A stretch of 64,000 nt of DNA from the human T2T-CHM13v2.0 reference genome, Homo sapiens: the NCBI GenBank assembly GCA_009914755.4, contig CP068257.2:2976001-3040000 (forward strand), in the 5' to 3' direction. Both the position numbers and the translations under genes were made by a program. The stretch's first letter is position 1, and each line of letters starts with the position of its first letter. Positions 1 to 12,596 of this stretch are shown piece by piece. The notes beneath the pieces were generated by a model. The model saw only the letters and a list, made by a program, of their open reading frames with translations, searched no databases and had not been told where the DNA came from.

Positions 1-124
1 CCCTGGAGTATCTCTCTCAGAGTGTACTGTATTCTGCACTTAACTTTCAAATATTTTCTTTTCCAATAAATTATGCTGTACTTTTTTTCTTTGTGTCTCT
101 TGTTTAAATTCTTAAAATCTAGGA

Positions 125-890
125 AGACAAGAACAGAGGTATCACATCAGTTGTCAACACAGCAATAAGTCAGCCTCCTTCTTGTAAGCATAGCCCATGT
201 AGAAAAGGAGAGTCGCATCACCTCGGTGCTGGATCCAGAGGTATGTCACAATTTATCCCATGCACAAAGTTAAGGTCATTGAGGAGAGTCATATTAAATA
301 ATTTCTGGGCCCAGGGATTTGTCACAACAGCTCCTGTGAGAAGAGATGAGGCAGCATAATCACATAACCGGTGTGCTGGACACAGCGATAAGCCACCTTT
401 CATCTGTGGGCATGACCCAGGCAAGAAAGAAGAGTCACGGCATTTAGGTGCTTGCTGCAGAGGTACGTAACAATCTCTCTTATGGGCAAAGCTCAGGTAA
501 GAGAGAAGAGTCAAATCTCCAAGGTGATTCATGTAGAAATTTGTCACAAGAGACTTTTTAGGCAGGGCCCATGTTGGATCTTCTTATCTTCCAGAAGTTA
601 GGTACAGGGATATGTCAGAATACCCAAAATACACAGGGCTCAGTCAATAAAGAAGAGCCACATCACCCAGGTGCTGGGTCTAGACATATGTCACATCTCT
701 TTTATGGGGAAAGCTCAGGTAAAAAAGGAAGGTCATATCAAATAGTTGATAGACCCAGAGATATGTCACATTGTCTCCTGCTTGAAGTGTCTAGGCCAAA
801 GACTCACATCACATTGGTGCTAGGCCTGTGTTCATATATAAACATTCAACCAGAGTTGAAATGGTGGCTCGTTTCTAAACCCAGCTTATA
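125..890 (-). repeat. Block of the same satellite monomers in inverted (reverse-complement) orientation.
   Basis: Units read gagagtc(a/g)catcacc..ggtgctgg..cagaggtatgtcacaat, which is the reverse complement of the canonical monomer. It abuts the second half of the divergent block at 890. Confidence 0.85.
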
Positions 891-1380
891 GGCAAGGGAT
901 GAGTCTCCTATCCTGACATAGTTAATTGTAATGATGTTGACTCTCATCCCTGGGCTTAATGTTACAAGTATGATCATGGGTCCCTACCTTTAGGAAGGTC
1001 TCAAAGTTGATTACAACTCTCATTCATACAGTATAGGGCCATTGGGTAGTACACAGAGCGTGCTAACTGGGCCGAGCACACAGGTGAGATTGTGAGACTC
1101 ATATGCATACCCAGCCAACAGTAACTATTGTCATCCTCTCACGGGAACACAAGTCAGTCTGCAGAGGAATTGAGGCTCTCATGCACAAATCCAGTCTGGT
1201 GTTGAGATGGTTATTCGTGGGCTTAGACCCAACATACAGGAGGTGTTGAATGTCATGCCTACCACTGAGACAGCTGTGCGATTGTTAATCTAATTCCTGG
1301 ACCATTCTGCAGCTTCCATTGTCAAATTTCCCAGTGCCTAGCACCTAAGTGACTTGACGGGCTTGCATGGACCCAGCCCA
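890..1380 (+). repeat. Divergent-block copy (partial, second half) of the composite satellite repeat.
   Basis: Homologous to 4640-4870, 8460-8720, 8900-9150 and 11080-11320. Shared strings include gttgactctcatacctgg and gtcctaacagggcccagcaaacaggtgagatt. Confidence 0.7.
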
Positions 1381-2699
1381 CAGATGGGATATTAACATAT
1401 TGCTGGATCCAGCACATTGAGGATGTAACTCTATTCTCCTTCGTTGGCACTGCCCACAGTGAGCAGTTTGACATATCGCTAGACCTTACACCCAGGTGAT
1501 GTGAGTCTCCTCTTCTGCCTTGGCGCTGCCCTCAGGAAGCGTTGTTATATATAGCTTGGCCTCGCATCCAGGTTATGTGACTCTCCGGCTTGTGCACTGC
1601 CCATATGGGACACTGTGTTAATATTGCTGGGTCCACTACTCAGGTGATGTAACCCAACTGCCTGGGCCCTGCCTTACAGGGGCATTGTGACATATCTCTG
1701 TGCTCATCAGCCAGGTGATGTGATTCTCTTCTCCTGCCTGGTCCCTTTACACAGAAGGGATTGTGACACGTTGCTGGGCTTAGCACCAAGTTGATGTTGA
1801 TGTGAATCTTCTGCCTGGATCGAGTTCACAGAAGGCATCGTGACATACCTCTGGGTACATCACCTATTTGATGAGACTCTCCTCTCTTACCTGAGCATTG
1901 CCCATAAGAGAGATTGTGACATATCCCTGGGTCTAGCACTGGGATGATGTGAATTCTCTCTGCCTGGGTCATGCCCACAGAAGGAAGTGTGACTTATAAC
2001 TGGGAACAGCACAGGGGTGATGTGATTCTTCTGCCTGGTCCCTACGTACAGGAGTCATTGTCAAATGCCTCTGGGCCCATCATCTAGACTATGTGACTCT
2101 CTACTTCTTCCTAGGGCCTGCTCACATAAGGATTGTGACATATTACATGCCCTACATCATGTGACTTTTCTCTCATGTCTGGGCTCCGTCTTGGAGATGA
2201 ATGTGACACATACCTAGGCCTGTTACCTAGGTTCTGTAACTTCTCGTTTTTCAAAATCCTACCCACCAGGGGCATTGAAACATCTCTGTGGGCACTTCAC
2301 TTAGGTAATGTTACCCTGTTGCCTGGAGCCTCCCCTCTGGGGGGTATGGTGACATATTGCTGGACACAGTACCTATGTGATATTCTCTCCTTTCTTGCCT
2401 GGGCCTTGTATACATTATGTATTCTAATATACGGCTGGGTTTAATGACTAGGTGATGCAACTCTTATGCATAGGCCCTACCCACAGGGACATTATGACAT
2501 TTCTTTAGCTCTGACTCTCCTCTTTTGCCTTAGCCCTGCCAAAAAGGGAGGTGGTGACATATAACTGGACCTAGCAACCAGCTAATATGAGTCTCCTCTT
2601 TTGCCTGCACCCAGCATATTTTGGGTATTGTGATGTATCCTTTGTCTCAACACCTGCAGGATGAAAGTCTCCTGCCTGAGCCCAGCCATCTGTCAAAAT

Positions 2700-3120
2700 T
2701 GTTTCTCCCACATGAACATGGACCATAATTGAGGTTCTGAAACTCACACCCAGAGGCAGTCAAAAGTTGGAAAATTGGCTCTTAAAAGTGGATATTGTCT
2801 GCCAGTGGGTTTGTGACTCCCTGACCAAGATCCAAAACACTTGTGAGGCTGTGAGTCCACTAAGATAACTCCATTTTCAAAAGGGATTAAGGCCCTCATG
2901 GAAAAAACCCATTCCTCCATTGAGATTGTGACTTATGCACATAGATACAACGTACAGGAGGCGTTCACTCTCATACCCAGAACCGGAACTTATGTGGGAT
3001 TGTTAATCTCATCCATGGACCTTCCTGCAGGTGTGATTCTGACATACACCTCTAGCCAGCACCTGAGTGATTTGACATTTTTGCCTGGGTGTAGCCCACA
3101 GATGAGATTGTGATATATCT
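2700..3120 (+). repeat. Divergent-block copy (partial, middle plus terminal part).
   Basis: Homologous to 8740-9150 and 11330-11770 (catgaacatgg..gaggttctgaaactcacacccagaggcag..ttgactc..; ..tcctgcaggtgt..attgtgaca). Confidence 0.7.
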
Positions 3121-4908
3121 CTGAATCCAGCATCTAATTAATATGCTTCTATTCTCCTGTCTTGGCACTGCCCATAAAGGGTATCCTGACCTAACACTGG
3201 TCCTGGCACTTTGTTATGTGACTCTGTCCTGTGCTTTGCCCACATGAGCCATTGTGACATATTGCTGGGTCCAACACCCAGGTGATGTAACTCTTGTCTA
3301 GACTTTGCCTACAGGGGGCATAGTGACATATCTCTACACTGACCACCCAGGTGATGGGACTCACTTCTCCTGACTGCTACCTGTTTATAGCAGGGATTGT
3401 TACAAATCGTTGCGGGCAGACTCTAGGTAATGTGACTGTCTTTTTACAGAGCGCTACCCACAGGAGCCATTGCAAAATATCTGTGGGCCTCTCACTCTTT
3501 GCCTGGGCTCATTTCTCAGGGGTATTGTGACATATGGATGACCTCAGCACCGAGGTGAACTGAGTTTCTTCTACTGTAGGGCTCTGACCAAAGAGAGATT
3601 ACAATGTATCACCGGGCCCAGCACCTGAGCTATTTGACTATCCGCTCTTGGCTGCACCCTACATTTATTGTGTATTGTGACATATCACTGGGTCCAACAC
3701 GTAGGTAATGTGACTCACCTGCATGGGCCATTTCCCCATGGGTACTATGAAGTATCTTTTTGTTCATCACTTAGGTGATGCAACTCTCCTCTTTGCCTTG
3801 GGCCCCACATAATTTAGCTATTGTGATGTATCACTGGGCCAATCACCTAGTCAATAGGAAGCTTCTGCCAAGACCCTGACTACTGAGGGCCTTGTGACAT
3901 AGCTCTGCATTTATCACCTAGAAAATATGATCCCCCCCCATTTCTGCCTGAACCCTGCTCACAAGAAAAATTGTAGCATACTTCTGGGCCCAGCAAACAG
4001 GTGATGTGTTTCACCTGCCTGTGCTTAGTTCACAGGGAAAATTGTGACATATCACTGGGCCCAGAACCCAGGTGAGGTGACTCTGCTGCATGTGTCGTGC
4101 TTTCAGGAGAGAACAAGAACATATCCCTGGCAGAACTCTTAGGGATGTGACTCTCTTGCCTTGTCCCTGTCCTCAGGGAAGACTGCAACATGTCCCTGAC
4201 ACAGACCCAGGTGATGAGACTCTCCTGTTTCTGACTACCCAAATGTGAGATTGTCACATATATTTTGGCCTAGCATGTAGGTGTGATGATGACATTCATA
4301 CCTTAAACCAACCAATAGCAGAGATACTTTCTCTCACAGCCAGGCTTAACAAAACTTGCAAAATTATGGGTCTTCTCTTACTATGAAGGTCAGAGAAAGT
4401 AAGCACTCTTGCATATCCTATAAAGCACTCAGATGGTACAGTGTCATCACAGGGCCCAGAACACAGGTGAGATTGTGTTCTCTGTGTGCACACCCACCAA
4501 TCATCAGAATTGTCATTCCTACACAGGAACAGAGGTGATTAGGGAGGTCTAAACCTCATACCTGAATGCCGTCCACAGCTGGAATTGTAACTATCACATG
4601 TGAACATCCAGTCACAGTTGGGATAGTGACTTATTTCTGAACCCAGTTTACAGCCAAGTAAAGATCCTCTTATCTGGATCCAGCCAGCTGGAGAGATGTT
4701 GACTCTCATACCTGGACTTATGGCCACAGGTATGATCATAGGTTCATATCAGCATGAAGACGTCAGAGTGGATTATGTTTAATGCATACTCTACAAGGTC
4801 CACAGGAGGTACATAGTGTCCTAACAGGGCCCAGCAAACAGGTGAGATTCTAACACTCATGCACACTCTGGTGACAATAAAAGTTACCATCCTCAAAAAT
4901 GGGTACAA

Positions 4909-5530
4909 CCGGCATGGCTCAGTGGCTCACGCCTGTAATCGCAGCACTTTGGGAAGCCGAGGCGGACAGATCATGAGATCAGGAGATCAAGACCATCCTG
5001 GCCAACATGGTGAAACCACGTCTCTCTACTATTTATGATTATGATTATGATTATGATTATGATTATTATTTTGAGACAGAGTCTTGCTCTGTCACCCAGA
5101 CTGGAGTGCAGTGGCACCATCTAGGCTTACTGCAACATCCGCCTCCCTGGTTCAAACAATTCTCTTGTTTCAGCTTCCCGAGTAGCAGGGACTACAGGCT
5201 CATGCCACCATTCCCAGCTAATTTTTGTATTTTTAGTGGAGAAGGGGTTTCACCATATTAATTAGGCTGGTCTCAAACTCCTGACCTCAGGTGATCCACC
5301 CACCTCGACCTCCCAAAGTGCTGGGATTACAGGCATGGGACACTGTGCCTGGCCACCCCATCTCTACTAAAAATACAAAAATTAGCTGAGCGTCGTGGCA
5401 CGTACCTGCAATCCCAGCTACTCGGGAAGCTGAGGCAAGAGAGTTGCTTGAACCCAGGAGGCAGAGGTTGCAGAGAGCCGAGATCGCCCCACTGCACTCC
5501 AGCCTGGCGATAGAGTGAGACTCCGTCTCA
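4909..5530 (+). mobile_element. Alu (plus) split by a nested insertion of a second Alu. Outer Alu segments are 4909-5030 and 5369-5530.
   Basis: ccggcatggctcagtggctcacgcctgtaatcgcagcactttgggaagccgagg...caacatggtgaaaccacgtctctctact continues at aaaaatacaaaaattagctgagcgtcgtggcacgtacctgcaatcccagctactcgggaagctgaggc...gcactccagcctggcgatagagtgagactccgtctca. Confidence 0.92.
5031..5354 (-). mobile_element. Inner Alu (minus) inserted into the outer Alu. Its A-tail has become an (ATGATT)n/(AATCAT)n microsatellite, and it has a ~14-bp target-site duplication.
   Basis: attatgattatgattatg... is followed by a reverse-complement Alu (ttttgagacagagtcttgctctgtcacccagactggagtgcagtggc...gctgggattacaggcatgggacactgtgcctggcc). 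The duplicated target is ccacgtctctctact / ccccatctctact on either side. Confidence 0.9.
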
Positions 5531-5540
5531 AGGGACCAAA

Positions 5541-5541
5541 A

Positions 5542-5614
<73 letters not shown>

Positions 5615-5808
5615 AAGAAAGAAAGGAAGGAAGGAAGGAAGGAAGGAAGGAAGGAAAAGAAAGAAAGAAAGAGAAAGAAAGAAAGGAAAAGAAAGAATTA
5701 AAGAAGAAAGAAAGAGAAAGAAAGAAGAAAGAAAGAAGAAAGAAGGAAGGAAGAAAGAAAGAAAGAAAAAGAAAGAAAGAAAGAAAGAAAGAAGAAAGAA
5801 AGAAAGAA

Positions 5809-5872
<64 letters not shown>

Positions 5873-5876
5873 GAAA
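5541..5876 (+). repeat. (GAAA)n microsatellite (~335 bp, with GGAA/GAGA interruptions) derived from the outer Alu poly(A) tail.
   Basis: Direct reading: aagaaagaaagaaag... tract immediately 3' of the Alu end. Confidence 0.95.
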
Positions 5877-8099
5877 ATTGACTCTCATATATGGATCTTG
5901 TCCACAGGTAGGTGGGTGACTCTCAAACCAAAATTCATTACATCTGTGAGACTGTAACTCTCCTAAGGGGAGAAGTTCTTCTCAGCCAGAGAAGACTCAT
6001 TTATGAATCCAGTTCACTGTTGAGATTGGGACTGGTGTACCTAGGCCAAACATACGAATTCTCATACCTGCAATCCGGACATGTGTGGAGTTGTTCATCT
6101 CATCCCTGTCGCTTTCTGCAGGTGGGATTGTGACATACATCTCTGCCCAGCTCCTGAGTGTTTTAGCTCTGTTTCCTGTGTCCAGCTCACAGATGGGATT
6201 CTGATATATCACTGAAGCCAGCACCTAGATGATGTGACTCTTATCTCCTGCCTTGGTGCTGCCCACAGGGGACATTGGGACATATCACTTGGCCTTGCAC
6301 CTAGGTAATGTATGTTTTCTGTCTTGCATTAGTGCTACTCACAGGGGTGTTGTGATGTATTGCTGGGTCCCACATCCATGTTATGTGACTCTTCTGCCTG
6401 TGCCCAGTCCACAATGGCCATTTTGACATATTGTTGCATCCAAAACCTAGATGATTTACCTCTCCTTCCTGAGCTTTGCCTAAGGGGACATTGTGAAATA
6501 TCTATGAGCCCATCACCCATGTGGTGTGATTTTCTTCTCCTGCCTAGTCCCTGCTTAAAGAAAGGATTGTGACATATCACTATGCCCAGCACCTAGCTCA
6601 TGTTACTCTTCTTTTGTTTTTTAGGATTTGTTTGGAAGGAGATTGTGATACATTGGTGGGTCCAACTTCTCGGTGACATTACTCTGTTGACTTTGCTCTG
6701 CAAGCAGAAAGCACTGTGACACATTATTGGGCCCAACACCAAGGTGAGTCTCCTGCCTGAAGCCTGCCTACAGCAATTTGTAACATATGGCATTGGGACA
6801 TATCTCTGAGCCCATCAACTATTTGACAAGATTCTCCTTTTTTAACAAAGGCTTTGCCCATAGGAGAGATTGTGACATAATTCTGAGCCCAGAAAATAGG
6901 GGATATTTCTTTTGTTTTCTGCTTGAGCCCCACATTGTGATGTATTTCTCCTCCCAACAACTGAGGGAAGGGAAAGTCCTGCCTGGGTCTTGCCTACAGG
7001 GAGCCTTGTGAAATCTTTCCGCGTTCATCACCTTAAATATGTGACCCTCATCTTCTGCCGTGGCCATGTTTACAGAAGGGAGAGTGGGTTATTCCTAGAC
7101 CCAGCACACAGGTCATGTGATTCTGCAACCTGGTGTCTCCAGAGGGGTCATTTTGACATATCTCTAGACTCATCAACTAGATAATGTAATGCTCCTCTTC
7201 CCCCTGAAACCTATCCATAGTGGAGATTGTGAAATACAGCCTGGCACAGCACCTACATGATGGTACTCTCTTCTCATGCTTGGGTGCTGCCCACAGGGGT
7301 GATTGAAACTTATAGCTGGGTACAGTCTTCAGGTGATGTAACTCTCCTCTATTTTTGGGCCCACACACACAGGGCACTACCATATAGCTCTGCTCCTCAG
7401 ACCTAGGTGATGTGACTCTGCTGTCTGTTACCTCCTCTTAGGGGGAATTGTGATATATTGCTGGGCCCAGAACCGAGGTGATGTGGCCTTTTCTCTTGCC
7501 TGGGCCCTGCATACATGGTGTACAGTAACATATATCTGGGTTGAACACATAGGTGATGTGACTCTTCTGCATAGGTCTCGCCAACAGGGGTATTATGACA
7601 TACTCTTCTATTCATTGCCTAGGCGATGTGACTCTCCACTCTTACCTGGGCCCTTCCAAAACAGGGGATTGTGACATATCAGTGACCCTACCACCAAGGT
7701 GATGTGACTGTTCTCTTTTGCCTGGGTTTGCATATTTTGGGTATTGTGACATATCCCTGGGCCCAACACTTAGGGAATAAAAGGTTTATTCCTCTACCTT
7801 ACGTGCAGTGAAGCTTGTGACATATTTCTGCATTCATCACCAAGAAGATGTGACTCTTCTGCCTGCATCCTGAACACAGAGAGGATTGTGAAATATTGCT
7901 AGATCCAGCATGCAGGTGATGTGTCTCTGCTGCCTGGTTCCTAATGTGAGGAGTGGATTCCAACATACCAATGCCTGAACATTCAGGTAATGTGACTGTT
8001 GCCTGGTCCCTGTCCTCAGGGAAGCGACATATCACTGGCCCAGCGTCCAACTGATTTTACTCTCCTGCTCTCTTCCTATATGCAGGTGTAATTGTGACA

Positions 8100-9150
8100 T
8101 ATATCTTGGAACACAACACACAGGTGCAATGATGACATTCATATGTCAAACCAGCCAATAGAAGAGATACTGCTTCTCCTAGCTACACTTAGGGAAATGA
8201 AAAAAAACTCTGGGTCTCCTCGCTAAGATCATCCACTCTCTCACATATTACAGAAAGCCCTCGGGTGGTAGAGAGTCTTATCACAGGGCCCAGCGCACAG
8301 GTGAAATTTGTTACTCCTATGGGCACCCTGAACCCTCCTGACCATTATGATTTTCACCCTCACATATAAACAGAACCCACTGGTGAGGTCCTGAATTTCA
8401 CACATGAATGCAGTTTATAGTTGGAATTGCGAATCTCATATGTAAAGATCTGCCCAGAGTTGGAATGGGAACTTCGTTATAAACCCAGGGCATAGAAAGG
8501 TGATGATTCTCTTATCTGGACCCCGCCAATTGTAAAGATGTTGACTCATATATAGGCTTAGGGCCACAGGTTTGATCATGGGTCCATACCAGCATGAAAA
8601 TCTCGGAAAGAATTGAGAGTGTCATGCATACAACATAAAGCCGTCAGGTGCAACACAGAAAGTCCTAATAGGGCTCAGCACACAGTAATATAATGACATT
8701 GGGATGCACACCCAGCCAACATTAAAGATTGTCATTCTTTCACATGATCATAGTTCACTTTTGAGGCTCTGAATCCCATACCCAAAGGCAGATTGACAAG
8801 TTGAAAAATTGACTCTCATATTTGAGAGTCACAGATGCGTTGATGACTCTCAGATCATGAGTCAGCACACCTAGGAAGCTGTGATTTCAATTAGGGGACA
8901 AAGTACGCAAGAGAAAATGGGGCTGCCATGCACAAATTTAGTCCACTATTGAGATAGTGAATTGTGTACTTAGATCAAACATACAGAAGGTGTTCACTCT
9001 CATGGGTAAAACCAGAATATGTGCGGGATTCATCCCATATCTGGACTTTCCTGCAGGTGTCATTGTGACAAGCATACACATTTGTCCAGCACCTGAGTGA
9101 TTAGACTCTTCTGTTTAAGCCCAGCTCACAAATAAAATTGGGACATATCT
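8100..9150 (+). repeat. Full, uninterrupted divergent-block copy (~1.05 kb) of the composite satellite repeat.
   Basis: Collinear with 4260-4908 + 5877-6230 and with 9750-9920 + 10850-11770. Confidence 0.7.
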
Positions 9151-9919
9151 TTGGACCTGGAACATAGGTGATGTGGCTCTATTCTCTTGCCTTCGTGCTG
9201 CCCACAGGGAGCATTGTAACATATCACTGAACTTAACACCTAGGAGATTAGAGGCTCCTGCCTGAACTCTGTCCACAGTGAGCCTTGTAGCATATTTCTG
9301 CTTCCAACACCAGATGATGTGACTCTCCTTTCTGCCTGCACCTTGCCCACAGGAAAGATTCTGACATATCACTGGGCCCAGTAATCAGTAATCAGGTGAT
9401 GTTTCTCTCCTGCTATGGCCTTGCCCACAGGGAGTGTGGTGACATATCACTGAGCTCAATATTCAGGTGATTTGACTCTGCTGCTTGTACTCTGATTTCA
9501 GGAGGGGATTGTAACATATCCCCTGTGAGCACACAAGTGATGGGACTCCCCTCCTAGCCTCTGACCTCAGAAAACATTGTTACATATCTCTGGCCCAGCC
9601 TTAGGTATGTGATTCTCCTACCTGTTCCCTGCCATCAGGGAAGATATTGACAGATCTCAGGCCAAGCATCCTGGTGACGTGACTCTCCTGCTCACTCCCT
9701 ACCCACAGGAGAGATTGAAACATATATCTTGGCCAGCTCACAGGTGTAATAATGACTCTCATACCTCAAACCTGCCACTAAGAGAAATGCTGTTTTTCAT
9801 AGGGAGGCTTTGGAAAACGGGTAGGTCTTAACTCTTCCTTTTGTATGAAGGTCTTAGAGGAATACAACTCTCTCATATTATACAAAGCTCTTAAATGGTA
9901 CAAAGAGTGTTATCACAGG

Positions 9920-10850
9920 GATATGTTGCATAACCTATGGGAGGGGCCCAGTTATATGTCACAATTAGCCCAGGGGGCAGGGCACAGGCATGAGAAGAAT
10001 CTCACCACATATGTGCTGGCCTAAGTGATACATCATCATCCCCACTGTGGACAGGTCGCAGTAAGAACAGGAGAGTCACATCATTCTAATAATGGTCTCA
10101 GATATACATCACAATGACTCCCCTGGGCAGAAACAAGGGATAAGGTTCACATCACCTGTGGGCTAGGCCCAGAGATGTCACTCTTACTTCTGTGGGCATG
10201 TCTCAGGCTGGAGAGGAGAATCACATTACCTAAGCACTGGATCAAGAAATACTTCACAATCTTTCTCATGGGCAAAGCCCAGGTAAGAGAATAGAGCCAT
10301 ATCAAATAGTTCATGGGCTCAGAGATATGTCACAATGCTCCCTGTGGGCAGGGTTCAGGTAGGACAATCACATTACCTTGGTGCTTGTTCAGCAATATAT
10401 CCCAAAGCCTTCTGAGGGCAGAGCCAAGACAAAAGAGTAAAATCATTTTGGTGTTTTACAAATCGATATGTCACAATCTCCCCCGAGGGCAGAACCTGAA
10501 AAAAGGGAAGAGTCACATTAGCTAAATGCTGCGCCGGGTGATAAGTCACAATTCACCCTGTAGGCAGAGACTAGACAGAAGATAGAGTCACATCATCTAG
10601 TGGCTGGTGCAGAGATATGCCACCATGCCCTCTGTAGGCAGAGTTCAGACAGGAGAGTTATGTCACCTGTGTTTTGGACCCAGAAATATGTCACAAAAGC
10701 CCATGGACAGAGCACAGGAAAGACAGGCACATAACCTGAATATCAGCTTCAGTGGTATGTCCCAATGCCTCCTGTGAGCATTCCAAGGCAGGAGAGGAGA
10801 CTCACATTACCTGTGTGCAAGACCCAGTGATACGTCACACGGAGGAGTAC
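9920..10850 (-). repeat. Second inverted monomer block (~930 bp), lying inside a divergent-block copy (9750-9920 and 10850-11770).
   Basis: The sequence switches from the plus-orientation divergent block (..gttatcacaggg) into reverse-complement monomers (atatgttgcataacctatgggaggggcccag..atatgtcacaat) and back at about 10850. This is the same relative position as the 125-890 / 890 junction. Confidence 0.8.
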
Positions 10851-12596
10851 CACTGTCATGCATATTGTGTAAACTATGGTAGAGAAATTGTCACCAAAGA
10901 GCTCAGCACACTGGTGAGATTATACTTCTGAGATTCACACCACACCAATATTCAGGATGGTCTCTATCACACGTGGAGAGAGCCCACTCTTGAGGTCCTG
11001 AATTACACATGCAGACATAGTCCACAACTGGGATTCTGACTTTCATATGTGAACATCCAGCCACAGGTGGGATGGTGACTCATTTTTAAACGCAGCTCAT
11101 AGGCAGTTAAGAAATCTTATTTGGACCCATCCAAGTAGAAAGATGTTGACTGTCATACCAGGGCTTAAAGCTAAAGGCACAAGGAGGGGTCCGTGCCTGC
11201 TTAAGGTTTCAGGGAGAATTGTTACATTCATGCATACTCTATAAAGGCTTCATATGGTGAAGAGAGTGTCCTGACAGGGCCCAGAACAAAAGTAGATTGT
11301 GACACTCATATCTACTCTGAGCCAAGAGTAAAAATTGTCATCTTTTCACATGAACACAGCCCACTGTTGAGGTTCCAAATCTCACACCTGGAGGCGGTTG
11401 AGAGATGAATAATTGACTCTCATAAGTGGATGCGATCCATGTTTGAGTCAGTGACTCTAAAACCAACATTCAGCAAACACGTGACGCTGTGACTCCATTA
11501 AGGGGCCACGGTCCTCGGGAAAGACTGAAGCTGCCATGCACAGATCCAGCGCACCATTGAGACTGTGACTTCTACACTTAGACCCAACAAACACAATGTG
11601 TTTGCTCTCACACCTAGATATGGGACATGTGCAGGATTGTCAGTCTCAGCCCTGGACTTTCCTGGAGGTATAACTGTGAAATATATCTCGGCCCAGCTCG
11701 TGAGTGACTTGACTCTTCTGCGTAGCCCAGCCCATGATAAAATTGTGACATTATTGAACCCAGCACCTATGACCCGCCTCTTCTGCCTGGGTCCTGTCAA
11801 AAAGAGAGATTGTGACAAATCACTGGGACAAGCACCCACATGATGTGACTCTCCTCTTTTGCCTGGGCCCTGCATATTTTGTATATTCTGACATACTGCT
11901 GGGCATAATACCTAGGGAATTGATGGCTACTGCCTGAGCCCTGTTCACAGGGGGCCTTGGGACATCTCTCTGCATTCACCACCTAAAAAAAGTGTGTGCA
12001 CCCTGCCTACAAAGAAGATTGTAGCAGATCACTTGTCTTAGCAACCAAGTGATGCGAGTCTCCTGTCCTGCCTTGGTGCTGCTCACAGGGGACATTATAA
12101 CATATACTTGGTGCTGCACCCATGTTTTGTAATTTTTCTGCCAGGGGTCTACCATATAAGCTATATTGCTGGGTCCAACACCCAGGTTATGCAGCTCTCC
12201 TTTCTGTGCTCTGCCTACAGGGGACATTGTGACTTATCTCTGCACCCATCACTCAGGTGATGTGACTTGCTTCTGCTGACTGATTCCTGTTCAAGTGGAG
12301 ATTGTGACATATCAATGGGGGCACCATCTAGCTGATGTAACTATTCTCTTCTGCCTAGGTTCTTCCTGCAGTGGAAATTGTGATGTATCACTGGGCTTAA
12401 CACCAAAGTGACATTAATTTTTTGCCTTGGTTCTTCCCTCAGAAGACATTGTAATATATTGCTGGGCTCAGCACCAAAACGATGTGGATTTCCTGTCTGG
12501 ACCCTGCATACAGGAGTCCCTGTGACATATCTCTTGACTCATCAACTATTTGATGTGACTCTCCTCTGTTCCCTGAGCTTTGCCTATAGGAAAGCG

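Larger units (their letters stand above)
4260..6230 (+). repeat. Full divergent-block copy, interrupted at 4909-5876 by a nested Alu pair and a (GAAA)n tract.
   Basis: 4260-4908 and 5877-6230 together align collinearly with 8100-9150 and 9750-9920 plus 10850-11770. Confidence 0.7.

Noticed and set aside
5418-5919. Long ORFs (156 aa on the minus strand, 134 aa on the plus strand) encoding poly-(FLS) and poly-(KER) proteins.
   Set aside because: They are pure translation artefacts of the (GAAA)n/(TTTC)n microsatellite and have no coding potential.
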